A stretch of 64,000 nucleotides of DNA, taken from positions 56,486 to 120,485 of the forward strand of contig JAIELV010000001.1 of assembly GCA_019752595.1 (NCBI GenBank), read 5' to 3'. This DNA comes from Patescibacteria group bacterium (lineage in GTDB: Bacteria; Patescibacteriota; Minisyncoccia; Phycocordibacterales; Phycocordibacteraceae). A model generated the notes under the pieces. That model had not been told where the DNA came from. It was given only the letters and a program-made list of their open reading frames with translations, and did not search any database. Positions 53,509-63,895 of the stretch are shown here, one piece after another (position 1 is the stretch's first letter; each line of letters opens with the position of its first letter). Both the position numbers and the translations under genes were made by a program.

Positions 53509-54471
53509 TTACTGCGGATAGTACGGTACGCCCTCGCACACACGGCCGTCAGTTTGGGCTATGGTTGAGTACTCTGTTATGGATATTTTCCTGTCTGTTT
53601 CAACTGGAATATGGAGCAAAACAGCGCGTCCGTGAGAAACATCATCGTTCCAGTACTGGTCAAAAATAAAATTTCCAAGAGAGTAATAGACAACGGTATT
53701 TCCAATATCTTCGCGCTCAAGCACTACGTGTGGGTGAGAGCCAATAATTGCACGTGCGCCTGCTTCTGCAAATAATTTCGCCGACACTTTCATCTGAGGG
53801 GTGGTTGAGGAATATTCTTCTCCCCAGTGTGCGTATACGAGAACCGTGCGACCGACTGATTTTTCAAGACGAATGACATCTGCAACATCTGTGTCTGAGG
53901 AACCGCCAAACTGGTTGTAACTTACAAATGAGAGGGGAATACCATGCGCATCTTTTCGATACACAGGCTCGTCGCCCGAAAGGCCCCCGAAATATGCGAC
54001 ACCTGATGCATCCAGATACTCCTTTGTTCTCTGTATTCCTTCACGACCAAAATTCGCAATGTGATTATTGCCGAGAGAAACCACGCTGATATTATTTCGC
54101 TTCAGTGATTCAGCCACCGAGGGTGGGAAGGTAAAGCGAAAATGGTCCAGGTTTTCAGGGGTTGTACCACTCGAAACCGATGCGTTGTCTGTTATTGGTC
54201 CTTCCAAGTTTCCGACGACAAAGTCAGCGCGGGACAATAACGGGTAGATACAGGAGAATACAAAATCCGCTCCGACGGTTTCAATAGTCTTTCGTATGTG
54301 TCGATCGAAAAACATGTCGCCGACGAAGAGAATGTTCGCGTCTGCGATATTTTTTTCTGAATCAGGCGTAAAGGGTATGGTCCGTGGGTTACCAGGTATC
54401 AGATACAGGTAAGCGAGAATTACTACACATACGGCTATCGCGGTTACAGCACCTATGAGAATACGTTTCAT
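53509..54471 (-). CDS. CapA/PGA_cap family metallophosphatase-like protein
   Basis: ILFVGDMFFDRHI...VVGNLEGP...LGNNH blocks. N-terminal TM helix. Confidence 0.8.
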   Translation of the reverse strand: MKRILIGAVTAIAVCVVILAYLYLIPGNPRTIPFTPDSEKNIADANILFVGDMFFDRHIRKTIETVGADFVFSCIYPLLSRADFVVGNLEGPITDNASVSSGTTPENLDHFRFTFPPSVAESLKRNNISVVSLGNNHIANFGREGIQRTKEYLDASGVAYFGGLSGDEPVYRKDAHGIPLSFVSYNQFGGSSDTDVADVIRLEKSVGRTVLVYAHWGEEYSSTTPQMKVSAKLFAEAGARAIIGSHPHVVLEREDIGNTVVYYSLGNFIFDQYWNDDVSHGRAVLLHIPVETDRKISITEYSTIAQTDGRVCEGVPYYPQ

Positions 54472-55250
54472 TTCATTTTTCTTGGAAAGAATGGAAGGAA
54501 GGCGCTCGTTGTTTTTTTGTATTCTTCAAACTCAGGATTTCCTTCAAATGTTTTCTCGAGCATTGGAATGCCAGAGACTTTGAGAATGAGGAAGGTAATC
54601 ATCAACGGGCTGATAACTGCAAAGATGCCGAACGGTATCTCAAGAAGAATAATAAAAATACCCCACCACATGGTGACTTCGCCGAAGTAATTTGGGTGTC
54701 GTGAATATTTCCACAATCCGTAACGCATTATTTTTCCTTTGTTCTCGGGTTTTTTCAAGAACGCATCAAGCTGAGAATCACCAATAGCTTCAAACAGAAA
54801 ACCAATAACCCATACTACGAGTCCAAGAAGGGCAAGGAGTCCGACGCCACCTGTGTCGTACACGCTCGCATGGATAAACGGATACCCAATAACAATCATT
54901 AACGCGCCTTGGAGAAGAAACACCTGCAGGTAGCGAATAAGCAAAGTCCACTTTCCCCACTTTTCTGAAAGGAGCGTGTAGCGCGGGTCTTCTTTTTTAT
55001 TTTTGTTCTTTAGATAAATTCGAGCAGAGAGTCGAATACCCCAGATAGCAACGAGAAGTAAAAGAAGTGTCATGCGCTCGGTGGCTGTCGTTTGCAAAAG
55101 GGACGCAACGAGCCCGACAAGTGCAATTCCTAGCCCCCAGGCAATATCCGCAACGTCGCTCCGTTTGAGGGCGTACGATATACCGAACCAAATCGTGACG
55201 TACACAAAAACTGTACTCGCGACAGCAGTAAGTACTGAAAGTATTTCCAT
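54468..55250 (-). CDS. DUF1295 / ICMT-PEMT-like membrane methyltransferase-fold protein
   Basis: LWKYSRHPNYFGEVTMWWG signature. Multi-TM. ATGA overlap with the capA-like gene. Confidence 0.7.
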   Translation of the reverse strand: MEILSVLTAVASTVFVYVTIWFGISYALKRSDVADIAWGLGIALVGLVASLLQTTATERMTLLLLLVAIWGIRLSARIYLKNKNKKEDPRYTLLSEKWGKWTLLIRYLQVFLLQGALMIVIGYPFIHASVYDTGGVGLLALLGLVVWVIGFLFEAIGDSQLDAFLKKPENKGKIMRYGLWKYSRHPNYFGEVTMWWGIFIILLEIPFGIFAVISPLMITFLILKVSGIPMLEKTFEGNPEFEEYKKTTSAFLPFFPRKMK

Positions 55251-55253
55251 GTG

Positions 55254-55661
55254 TTACGAGAAAAGTGACTTACCAATGAAGTAACTTGCAGTTGCGACAG
55301 AACCTGAAAGCACCGCACCCCACGCCATGTCGATAAGTGTCACCGATAGTGGCCAGTTTTTTAGTGTTGCGAGGTTGGTGAGATCGTATGTAGCGTATGC
55401 CATAAATCCGAAGAGGGCTCCGAGCATGACTGCTTTCATGGCGCTTTTTGCCTCAAGAGCGGGGAGGACGGCAAACACCAAAATACCGACGATAAAAATC
55501 AGGTAAAAGATAATAGCTGCAGGCCAGTTCACGGGTCCTAAAAAGCCCGCCAACTGTTTCTGATACAGATCTTTCGCGACAACTCCAATCCAAAGCATAT
55601 CAATTGCAAAAAAGACGGGAACAGTGAGGAGGTAAAGGTAAATGTGTTGTAGAAATGTCAT
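55254..55661 (-). CDS. DUF2177-like small membrane protein
   Basis: Four TM helices. Assignment from general resemblance only. Confidence 0.5.
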   Translation of the reverse strand: MTFLQHIYLYLLTVPVFFAIDMLWIGVVAKDLYQKQLAGFLGPVNWPAAIIFYLIFIVGILVFAVLPALEAKSAMKAVMLGALFGFMAYATYDLTNLATLKNWPLSVTLIDMAWGAVLSGSVATASYFIGKSLFS

Positions 55662-55670
55662 AGGTGATAC

Positions 55671-56900
55671 TTAGTTACTCGTGGTTGTTAAAGGTTCTGT
55701 ATACAGTATGCGATAGATAACTCCCGCACGGTCGTCGGACACAAACATGGTGCCACCTGGTTCGACAAGAATATCAACTGGTCGACCGAGCGCCTCCCCG
55801 TCACTATTCAGAAATCCCGTCATGAAATCAATCTCTTCCCCGAGATAGTTTCTCGAGTAGCTGTAGTCGAAGCGTACGATTTTGTACCCTGTCGGGACAC
55901 TTCGATTCCATGAGCCATGGTAGGCAACCAAAATATCACCGCGATACATTTCAGGCCAGCCTTCCTCGGGAATAAACGCGATTCCTAAAGGTGCAGAATG
56001 TGCCTGGAGTGCGATTTTTGCGGGAGTTTCAAACGGCTTCATACAAGGATTTCTGATATACGTGTTTTTATCAAAATCAGTGTCATGCATGTTCATCCCG
56101 AAACAAGTAGGCCAGCCGTAATTTCCGTTTTCTGTTATCACATTTACCTCATCGGGCGGTATATCGTCACCCAAAAGATCCCGACCCATGTCTGTGCCCC
56201 AGATAGAACCGTCATACGGGTTCGTTTCCATAAACACGGTATTGCGTAATCCGCGTGCGTAGATTGAAACTTTTTTTGTTTCCAAGTCTAGCGCAAGTAT
56301 CGCAGCACGGCGTTCGTCATCCTCGTTGCAGACGTTGCAGGATGAGCCGACAGATACTAAAAGACGTTTGCCATCGGGGTGCAGATGTAGTGTGCGTGTG
56401 AAGTGTTGCCCACCTCCAGCGGAAGGCAATTCCATAACCTTTTCTGCAAATTTTGCCTTAAGGGTTTCTGGGTTGTATGAAAATCGGGATACAGATTTTT
56501 CCTCAGCAACATAGAGAGAGCAAGATGATTCTTCGTTACAGAGAAAGAGAATGCCGTGAGGTTTTTGCAGGTTGTCTGCAATAACAATCATTTCATCTGA
56601 AAGACCATCATTGTTGTTGTCAGGAAATGCTCCAATAACACCCTCTGATGTCAGCGAGGCGATAAGCACACCGCTAGGGTCGCGAGTCAAAACGCGTACT
56701 CCTGGCGCATTGAATGCGTACAAGTGTGCTGAAAAACCTTCAGGTAAGGAAAAAGGCAGAGCGGTGTCTGCCACCATTCTGGGTACATCATTCAATATAG
56801 GTGAGAGCCCCGCAGTAAGTTTCGATATATATGGGTAGGCGAGTACTCCAAGTACACCTATGGTAATGAGCATGCTCAAAGGACCAAGAATTTTCTGCAT
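55671..56900 (-). CDS. beta-propeller protein of the soluble glucose/sorbosone dehydrogenase (PQQ-type) family
   Basis: N-terminal TM helix and repeated propeller blades. C-terminal GRPVDILVEPGGTMFVSDDRAGVIYRI motif. Confidence 0.6.
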   Translation of the reverse strand: MQKILGPLSMLITIGVLGVLAYPYISKLTAGLSPILNDVPRMVADTALPFSLPEGFSAHLYAFNAPGVRVLTRDPSGVLIASLTSEGVIGAFPDNNNDGLSDEMIVIADNLQKPHGILFLCNEESSCSLYVAEEKSVSRFSYNPETLKAKFAEKVMELPSAGGGQHFTRTLHLHPDGKRLLVSVGSSCNVCNEDDERRAAILALDLETKKVSIYARGLRNTVFMETNPYDGSIWGTDMGRDLLGDDIPPDEVNVITENGNYGWPTCFGMNMHDTDFDKNTYIRNPCMKPFETPAKIALQAHSAPLGIAFIPEEGWPEMYRGDILVAYHGSWNRSVPTGYKIVRFDYSYSRNYLGEEIDFMTGFLNSDGEALGRPVDILVEPGGTMFVSDDRAGVIYRILYTEPLTTTSN

Positions 56901-56935
56901 CAGGTACAGTATACAAAACTCTGTGTCGGGGTATC

Positions 56936-57481
56936 ATGATGTCTATGCAAGAAGAACAAAAAATGCCTGCTCCCGACGCGGCGAAAAACACTGGAGCTCT
57001 ATGGGCAGTAGGGCTTTCGTTTGTCGTTATTATTATTCTCGCAGTTCTTTTATTCGTTATTCCTAGTCCCGCTAAAAATACTACTGACACAGCGACCACT
57101 ACCGAAGAAGTAGTGGGTGATACTGCAACCCCAGTAAAACCAACAAGCACGGAAACTGCTTCGTACCCAGCAGCAGGCTCACGCCTTATGCAAAACGGTG
57201 TATATGTCACCGTTATTCATTTCACTGGAAAAGCATTTAACCCAGCGTCAGTCACTATCACCCACGGCGAAGAAGTGCGATTTATCAATACGTCGAATCT
57301 GACCATGGACATTGGTCCTCAGCAGCCGAACGCTTCAAGCCCGAGTTATTCTGCGCTCAATCAGGCAAGCGCCAAAGGAAAGGGTGGCATCTATCAGGTA
57401 GGCTTGACCGACATTGGTGTATGGGCGTATGCGAACCTCACGAGCAACCCTCCAATAAAAGGCATTGTAAACGTCAAATAG
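56936..57481 (+). CDS. membrane-anchored cupredoxin-like fold protein lacking canonical copper ligands
   Basis: TM helix, a Thr-rich linker, then FNPASVTITHGEEVRFINTS, a cupredoxin-like beta-sandwich signature, with no Cys/His/Met ligand set. Confidence 0.45.
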   Translation: MMSMQEEQKMPAPDAAKNTGALWAVGLSFVVIIILAVLLFVIPSPAKNTTDTATTTEEVVGDTATPVKPTSTETASYPAAGSRLMQNGVYVTVIHFTGKAFNPASVTITHGEEVRFINTSNLTMDIGPQQPNASSPSYSALNQASAKGKGGIYQVGLTDIGVWAYANLTSNPPIKGIVNVK

Positions 57482-57487
57482 AAAAAA

Positions 57488-58012
57488 CTATTCGCTTGCC
57501 TCAACCTTCTTTTGAATATCCGATATATCGATCTTTTTCTCCATGCGATTTAATTCAGAGTCCTTTTTTCTAATTCCTAAGTGCTCTTGAATCTCAGAAA
57601 GCATTTTGAGTATTTTGGTGATTTCGTCTTCAGCGCGTACGTCGACTTCGAAATTCACGCGCTGTCTGATGTCGGCGATTTTACTCTGCCTGTTTTGCGA
57701 GATAAGCACAATAATTGAAAGGAAGATTGCTTCAAGGGAAACCGCCATCGTCAGCAACCCGAAAGGGAAAGGGTCAAATGGTACAAACCCGAATTCTGGA
57801 ATGTTGATGATAATCCATCCAACAAACAAAAGTGCGTTTATAAGGAGAAACCACACAGACCCGAAAACGCTGGTGCAAAAATCTGCGATTTCGTCCATCC
57901 ATGTTTTTTCAAACTTGATTTGCGAACGTAATACCTCATTCAACACCTGACGTGTAATCTTTTGTTTCTGCTCCGATATCGGTTCAGGTGTTTGTTTTTT
58001 TGAAAAAAACAT
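57488..58012 (-). CDS. DUF1003-family membrane protein
   Basis: FGSVWFLLINA...FDPFPFGLL...EAIFLSIIVLISQNR motif blocks. Confidence 0.65.
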   Translation of the reverse strand: MFFSKKQTPEPISEQKQKITRQVLNEVLRSQIKFEKTWMDEIADFCTSVFGSVWFLLINALLFVGWIIINIPEFGFVPFDPFPFGLLTMAVSLEAIFLSIIVLISQNRQSKIADIRQRVNFEVDVRAEDEITKILKMLSEIQEHLGIRKKDSELNRMEKKIDISDIQKKVEASE

Positions 58013-58041
58013 AATGTTTCTGAGTCCTATCTTAAGGTAGC

Positions 58042-59181
58042 TTACTGTGGATTGTAGGACGACATTCCTATTTCTACTAACTCGTAGGGAATAGTGTGCC
58101 CGTCAAACATCCATGAGCGGACGCTTTCGATCTCTTCTTTTGTAAGAGATTTTGCAAGGACGTCAAAGAAATTTTCATTCGTTCTGTGAATTTCAGTAAG
58201 GAGTGTCTCTAAAGAAGTTCCGTTGTCTACAAGCAGTCCTTCAATCGCAAGCATCGCCAATGGAGCAAGAATATAGTGCGTGTATTGCGCCTCGAGGAAA
58301 GAGGCATCGCGTTTTAAAATAACACTCGGACGTATTGCTTCAAATTCCTGCTTGTTGCTGTTGAAGGGGTACGAAGACACAAGAGAAAAATCTTTTGTCT
58401 GTACAGCAGTATGCACGTTGTAGAGGTAGCGCACTCTGAATTCCCGTCCTGCGGGTGAGGTACGGTATTTTATTTCTGACCACGAAGCCTCTAACTCTTG
58501 AAAATCTTCTGCGGGAATAGGATTCTGATTTTCTTGATAGATGCGCATATCACCGCGCTGTCTGTTGTAGAGGTGGGCGATGGCGTGTATGAGGAGTTCT
58601 TCACCGCGAATGCTCGTGGGGGGTTGCACATAGATTGAAAGGGTATCGCGAGGATCTGGATACACAGGGACCGTTTTCCCGTCATTTCGCGCAATGCCTA
58701 CAGTGACGAGTACGCTGTGCATGCGTTTTTTGTTTTCTTTCGAATCGTTAAATAGTTTTCCAATACGTTCAAATGCATTTCGTATGCTTGCCTCATACAG
58801 CTCTTGTTCACTCGGCGGTGTGTTTTTTGGGTACACGAGCGCTACATCGTATGCGCTAAATACAAATGCAAGTTTCTTCTCTTCGAAATCCTCCGAGCGT
58901 ATGAGCACTCCCGTTACATTTTCTTTGTAACGTACCCACCCGTTTCCTGATTCTGTTTCTCCGAGCGGTTTCCATCCCTTCTCAACGCATATTTTTCTAT
59001 CTTGGTGTTCAAACGATACCAGTGAGGGTCCTGACCACGTACGGAATCCTTGAGAACCCTCTGTTGTTTCTACAGCAGAAACAGGCGAACAGCCGATGTC
59101 CGTGACGTAGTACACCAGCGCACCGCTGAAGATGGCGAGAAGGATTGCCCCCAAAAGGATAGATAGTGTTTTTAGTTTCAT
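58042..59181 (-). CDS. hypothetical secreted or membrane-anchored protein
   Basis: N-terminal signal/anchor (MKLKTLSILLGAILLAIF). 379 aa. No motif recognised. Confidence 0.45.
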   Translation of the reverse strand: MKLKTLSILLGAILLAIFSGALVYYVTDIGCSPVSAVETTEGSQGFRTWSGPSLVSFEHQDRKICVEKGWKPLGETESGNGWVRYKENVTGVLIRSEDFEEKKLAFVFSAYDVALVYPKNTPPSEQELYEASIRNAFERIGKLFNDSKENKKRMHSVLVTVGIARNDGKTVPVYPDPRDTLSIYVQPPTSIRGEELLIHAIAHLYNRQRGDMRIYQENQNPIPAEDFQELEASWSEIKYRTSPAGREFRVRYLYNVHTAVQTKDFSLVSSYPFNSNKQEFEAIRPSVILKRDASFLEAQYTHYILAPLAMLAIEGLLVDNGTSLETLLTEIHRTNENFFDVLAKSLTKEEIESVRSWMFDGHTIPYELVEIGMSSYNPQ

Positions 59182-59199
59182 GTCGTTATGAGAATCGCG

Positions 59200-60840
59200 T
59201 TATGAAAATCGTACGTTTGGCCACTCGTCTTCGAGTTTGGAAACCAAGAAGTCGCCCGACACGCGTTCAGGGAAGATTACGTAATCGGCACCCGCTTCTT
59301 TCAGTGTTGCTTCCTGTTCAAGCTCAACACTTCGTACCACTATTTTTGCTTTCACTTTCTTTCTTCGGCACGCCTCAAGAAGAGCAAGGCTGTCGCGCAT
59401 ACCGCTTGCGGTTGAAATAATAAGGTGTGCCGTATCAAGCTGAAGGTTTGCAAGTATTTCTGAATCACTGACGTCGCCGTAGAGTGCTCGATAGCCCTCG
59501 TCGCGTAATCTACGAACGGTTTCGGGGTTGTAGTCCAAGACCAATGTTTCTATGCCTGCTTTCTTGAGGTGCTCTATCACTACATGCCCTACGCGGTCTG
59601 CACCGATAACGACCACGTGACCTGAGAGCGCAGGAACAATCGCATCAGGAAGAATTTCAAGTGCCTGTTTTTTCTCAAGACGAGCGACGAGAGGTTTCAA
59701 AAATTGGTACAGCGGTTCTGAGTAGTGAATCAACAACGACGAAATCATGATTGAGAGCACCGCGGAGCCCGCGACAATAGAAAGTGTTGATTCAGTGGCA
59801 AAACCGAATTGAAGCGCAAGGAGCGCAATGATGAGCGAAAATTCTGAAACCTGAGTCATGTTCAGCGACGTGTGGAAGAGAGTGCGTTTTCTGAACGTGA
59901 AGAAACTGAGACCAACAAGGTAGGCGAGCGGTTTCAAGAGAAGCGCGAGTGCGGAGAATGCAAAGATCATCGGGAGAAATTCTGCGATTCCACCAAGGTG
60001 CACCTGCGAGCCGATGTAGATAAAAAACAATGCGACGAAGAAGTCGCGTATGGGTTTTATTCTGCTCTGTATTTGGAATTGGTACGGAGAGTGCGCAAGT
60101 GCAACTCCTGCCAAAAAAGCGCCGATGACGACTGAGAAGCCTGCAAGAACAGCAAGAGACGTAAACACAAAACACCACGTGATTGCAGCAATAAAAAGGA
60201 GCTCGACCGATTTCGCCATAGCATTAAACAGGGGAGCGATAACAAATCGAGAGAAGAAGAATGCGATGCCGATGAGCACGGTTGCCTTAAGCGCGAAGAT
60301 ACCGAGAGGTGTGAGGAGTTCGGGGCTAAAACCGTAGGAGAAGACGTTTTCGGTAATCGCCACCATGGCAATAATCGCGATAAGGTCTTCAATCAACAGA
60401 ATACCGATAGACAGTTTTCCGTAGAGAGACGCGGTGTCGCGTTTCTCCGCGAGCGTTTTCATTATGACAATAGTCGAGGAGAAGGCGAGTGCGATACCCA
60501 AGACAAACGCTTCAGTACCTGAGAACCCAAAGTACGTTGCAAGTACGAACCCTGCTATCGATGAGATTGCAACTTGGAGAAGCGTGGCAACGATAATAGG
60601 TCTGCCGAGTGAGCGAATTTCGCTCAAATTTAATTCCATGCCGATGAGGAACAACACGAAAGCGATGCCGATTTCTGGGAGTGTGTGCAGAATGGCTGAT
60701 TCAGAAATTGCGTATCCTGAGAGCGCCACACCAGCCAGAAGGTAGGCAATAACCAAGGGGAGTTTGATGCGCATCGCGATGTAGCCGATGACGCACGCAG
60801 TCGAAAGCATCACTGCCAATTCAAAAAATGCGCTATCCAT
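59200..60840 (-). CDS. Kef-type cation:proton antiporter (CPA2) with C-terminal RCK/TrkA-N domain
   Basis: Multi-TM Na_H_exchanger core plus a Rossmann motif VVVIGADRVGHVV. ATG at 60840 (MDSAFFEL...) preferred over the track's 60945. Confidence 0.85.
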   Translation of the reverse strand: MDSAFFELAVMLSTACVIGYIAMRIKLPLVIAYLLAGVALSGYAISESAILHTLPEIGIAFVLFLIGMELNLSEIRSLGRPIIVATLLQVAISSIAGFVLATYFGFSGTEAFVLGIALAFSSTIVIMKTLAEKRDTASLYGKLSIGILLIEDLIAIIAMVAITENVFSYGFSPELLTPLGIFALKATVLIGIAFFFSRFVIAPLFNAMAKSVELLFIAAITWCFVFTSLAVLAGFSVVIGAFLAGVALAHSPYQFQIQSRIKPIRDFFVALFFIYIGSQVHLGGIAEFLPMIFAFSALALLLKPLAYLVGLSFFTFRKRTLFHTSLNMTQVSEFSLIIALLALQFGFATESTLSIVAGSAVLSIMISSLLIHYSEPLYQFLKPLVARLEKKQALEILPDAIVPALSGHVVVIGADRVGHVVIEHLKKAGIETLVLDYNPETVRRLRDEGYRALYGDVSDSEILANLQLDTAHLIISTASGMRDSLALLEACRRKKVKAKIVVRSVELEQEATLKEAGADYVIFPERVSGDFLVSKLEDEWPNVRFS

Positions 60841-60898
60841 TTCCTTTTTATTATACTCGGAGTATCGTTCTTCGTGTTGCCCGTGTACCATTGAGGAT

Positions 60899-61987
60899 AT
60901 GTCCATAGCCGATCCCGTTTTTGCCACATATATCTTCGCCGCCATTCTATTTGTCGTCTTGCTCGTATCTGCTCGTCCGCGTAAGCTTGATGGCTTTTCG
61001 CCCGAGGTGGTGCAAGAGTTAAAAGGATTTGCAATTATCGCTATTGTCCTAAGTCATATCGGATATTTTCTTGTGTCTGACCACCGATTCCTGGCACCAC
61101 TGTCAAGCCTTGCGGGGGTGGGAGTCGATCTTTTTTTGTTGGTTTCTGGTTTCGGATTGGCAGCAAGCGCATTGAAAACCGTTCGAAAACCGCTTGAGTT
61201 TTATAAACGGAGGCTTGATAAGCTTTTTACCCCACTATGGAGTGCGCTCGCGATTTTTTTCACGATGGATTTTTTCATACTCGGAAAAACATATTCTCTC
61301 GATTACATAGCCCGTTCTTTTGTAGGCCTTTTCCCGAGTGCCGACGTTTACACCGATATAAACTCTCCGCTGTGGTACATCACACTTATTTTGTTTTTCT
61401 ATCTGATATTTCCACTCCTTTTTATACACAAGCGCCCACTTGTTTCCGCTGGCCTCGTCTTTGCTACGGGGTACGCACTCACATCACTTCAGTTGCCGTT
61501 TTTCTCAGCCGTCGCACATCTTCACGAGCTTCACGTGTGGGCCTTCCCAGTCGGTATGGCGATTGCGGGTCTTCTGAAGGGGCGTGAGATAGGGAAAGAG
61601 ATAGGGACGTTGCCACCAGTGCTCTACGCGCTAAGCCTTTTGGGAACAGCAGGTGCGTTTTTTTATTTCGCAGGCCACTCGAATGTGGGCGCAGGAGTAT
61701 TTCTTGAGCAGGGAACAAGCATTACTATCGCGCTTCTTCTCTGTTTGTTTTTTGTGATTAAAAAGTTTGAAGTACGACTTCTGTATCTTTTCGGAATATT
61801 TTCATACGAAATATATCTCTTCCACTGGCCGATTATGTCTCGGTATGACATGTTCTTCAAATTTTTACCGCAGTGGCTTGCCGTGCTTTTCTACCTCGCG
61901 CTGTTCCTTGCCCTTGGGTGGCTGTTTCAGGAAATACAGAAGAGGATTTCCAAACTAAACCAAACCAAAATTAAGCATTTGACATGA
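60899..61987 (+). CDS. acyltransferase family 3 (OafA-like) membrane protein
   Basis: LDGFS...LKGFAIIAIVLSHIGY...GVGVDLFLLVSGFGL motifs. About 10 TM helices. ATG at 60899. Confidence 0.8.
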   Translation: MSIADPVFATYIFAAILFVVLLVSARPRKLDGFSPEVVQELKGFAIIAIVLSHIGYFLVSDHRFLAPLSSLAGVGVDLFLLVSGFGLAASALKTVRKPLEFYKRRLDKLFTPLWSALAIFFTMDFFILGKTYSLDYIARSFVGLFPSADVYTDINSPLWYITLILFFYLIFPLLFIHKRPLVSAGLVFATGYALTSLQLPFFSAVAHLHELHVWAFPVGMAIAGLLKGREIGKEIGTLPPVLYALSLLGTAGAFFYFAGHSNVGAGVFLEQGTSITIALLLCLFFVIKKFEVRLLYLFGIFSYEIYLFHWPIMSRYDMFFKFLPQWLAVLFYLALFLALGWLFQEIQKRISKLNQTKIKHLT

Positions 61988-62015
61988 GTCTGACCTCTTG
62001 TACAGTTCTCTTTCT

Positions 62016-62684
62016 ATGAGTGAACAACGCCTTGAAGGTGCACCTAGAGCCATCGAATGTGTGGGCAGGGAAAAGTTGGAACAGCGAATACAGGATATTA
62101 ACGAATGGGCGACACGCGAAGGTCTTACGGTGAAATATGTTTCGGGAATGGTGGCACTTCGTGGGAATCCAGAAGGCGGTTGGCCGCAAGTCTTTTTAGT
62201 GAACGGCTCAAGCAAAGGAGTGCCGAAAGAATTTTGGCAATTTCCAGGAGGGTATGTGCACCCCGACGACCCTGACCACGTCCTCGGACTTCAAAGAGAG
62301 CTTGATGAAGAGCTTGGGGTTGCTTTGCCCGAGCAAATTGCATATCTGGAAACCTATATACCGAAAATGAAACCTGGCGCTACGGAAGTGCTTGCAATAC
62401 ACGCGTTTGCCATGCCTGTCCCTGAGTGGGACGAACGCACCATGACGCTCGGTTCTGACGTCAGTCAGTTCGTATGGACTGATGATCCTTTTAGAGGTGA
62501 AGGCGAAGAGCCTCGCATTTTGACCGAGCAGGTGGACTTCATACTACGACGCGTTATTGGATATTCTGGTCCCAATAATAAGAACACCTGCGACGATGAA
62601 ATGTACAACGGTATTCCTGCATCCCTTGCAGAAATGATTCGCGAGCGCGAAGAGTCCGCGTCCCTTGTAGAGCAGGGTGCGTAG
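62016..62684 (+). CDS. Nudix hydrolase
   Basis: Nudix box GGYVHPDDPDHVLGLQRELDEELGV. ATG at 62016; the track gives a TTG at 61998. Confidence 0.75.
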   Translation: MSEQRLEGAPRAIECVGREKLEQRIQDINEWATREGLTVKYVSGMVALRGNPEGGWPQVFLVNGSSKGVPKEFWQFPGGYVHPDDPDHVLGLQRELDEELGVALPEQIAYLETYIPKMKPGATEVLAIHAFAMPVPEWDERTMTLGSDVSQFVWTDDPFRGEGEEPRILTEQVDFILRRVIGYSGPNNKNTCDDEMYNGIPASLAEMIREREESASLVEQGA

Positions 62685-62690
62685 TGCGGG

Positions 62691-63725
62691 TTATCTGTTT
62701 TTTATCTGTGAAAGGAAATTTTTTGCAGGTGCAGAATTTGGATTTGCTGAAAGTTCTGCCTCAAATGCTTTTCTTGCGAGCGCAAAATTTTCTTCCGCCA
62801 TGTGGACTTCTCCCAAACCCAAGTACCCACCGAGCGTGGGATTAATATCTGCAGATTTCTGGAATGCGTCACGCGCTTCCGCAAAACGTTTTTGATGCAA
62901 ATAAATATAGCCGAGGCCCGTGTAGACTTCGCTCTTTGGTTTTATTTTCTCTAGATAATTCTTAAATGCGATTTCTGCCAAATCGTCTTTGCCCCAACGT
63001 GTGTAGAGGTAGCCCAGACCCATGTACGCCTCGCTTTTCGGGTCGAGCGAAATCGCTTTCTTGAACATCACTTCCGATTCTTCGTAACGCTCTATCTCGC
63101 GATAAATATCTCCCATACCCGCGTAGTTAAACGCACTTGGGTTTAACTCAAGCGCTTTTTGGAAACTCTCTAACGCCAGATCCATTTTTCCAATGTCGCG
63201 ATAAAAATAGCCAAGTCCATACGAGTACAAGAGGTCGTCGGTCGGATCTATGCTGATTGCTTGTTTGAATGAAGCTTCAGCGAGATCGGGCTTCAGCCAG
63301 TTTCTGTATAATTTACCAAGCTCAACGTAGAGGTGTGCGTCGTCAGGGTTTTGCGCGATTGCTTTTTTCCAAAGAGATTCCGATTTTTCATATTCACCTC
63401 GGTATCGATACACATTTCCCAAGCTCTCAAGTACGCCTCGGTCGTTTTCGTTTAGTCGCAACGCTTTCTCGAGTGTTAATTGCGCCTCATCGTATTTTCC
63501 ATGCTTGAAATATATGTTTCCGAGTTGGGTTAACAGCGATACGTTGTCAGGGTCATTTTTCACTTGCTCTTTGAGAGCGAGCTCTTCGGGGTCGTTTGAA
63601 GTGACTGCTATATCTTCACGCCAGTCTGCGGTTTTTAAGAGCGGTGATTGGTAGAGAAACCATCCAACAAGAGCAATTGCAACGAGAATAAGTATCGCCA
63701 GATCAAATTTTTTAAACTTTGACAT
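62691..63725 (-). CDS. membrane-anchored tetratricopeptide-repeat protein
   Basis: N-terminal TM helix then at least 8 TPR units (repeated W/LG-Y-A-F-A-P patterns, for example LGNIYFKHGKYDEA). ATG at 63725. Confidence 0.75.
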   Translation of the reverse strand: MSKFKKFDLAILILVAIALVGWFLYQSPLLKTADWREDIAVTSNDPEELALKEQVKNDPDNVSLLTQLGNIYFKHGKYDEAQLTLEKALRLNENDRGVLESLGNVYRYRGEYEKSESLWKKAIAQNPDDAHLYVELGKLYRNWLKPDLAEASFKQAISIDPTDDLLYSYGLGYFYRDIGKMDLALESFQKALELNPSAFNYAGMGDIYREIERYEESEVMFKKAISLDPKSEAYMGLGYLYTRWGKDDLAEIAFKNYLEKIKPKSEVYTGLGYIYLHQKRFAEARDAFQKSADINPTLGGYLGLGEVHMAEENFALARKAFEAELSANPNSAPAKNFLSQIKNR

Positions 63726-63790
63726 GATGCTTTGTATACTATCGTGAAATAGTTTGTGAGTGTGCGAATCAGAAACGATCAAAAACCCCA

Positions 63791-63813
63791 AGTGCTATAC
63801 TAAGTGTAGCACT
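63791..63813. repeat. 23-bp palindrome AGTGCTATACTAAGTGTAGCACT (second copy, 1 mismatch)
   Basis: Lies ~65 nt upstream of the TPR gene start on the minus strand, in the same relative position as the 53472-53494 copy. Confidence 0.7.
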
Positions 63814-63868
63814 TCGGCTGGAGAGTAAATCAAAGAATAACCGCGGTTAACCCACGCGTGTGATTCTC

Positions 63869-63895
63869 AAAAAGCCCCCGTACGGGGGCTTTTTG
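63869..63895. terminator. bidirectional intrinsic terminator
   Basis: A5-gcccccg-ta-cgggggc-T5 hairpin. Confidence 0.7.
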
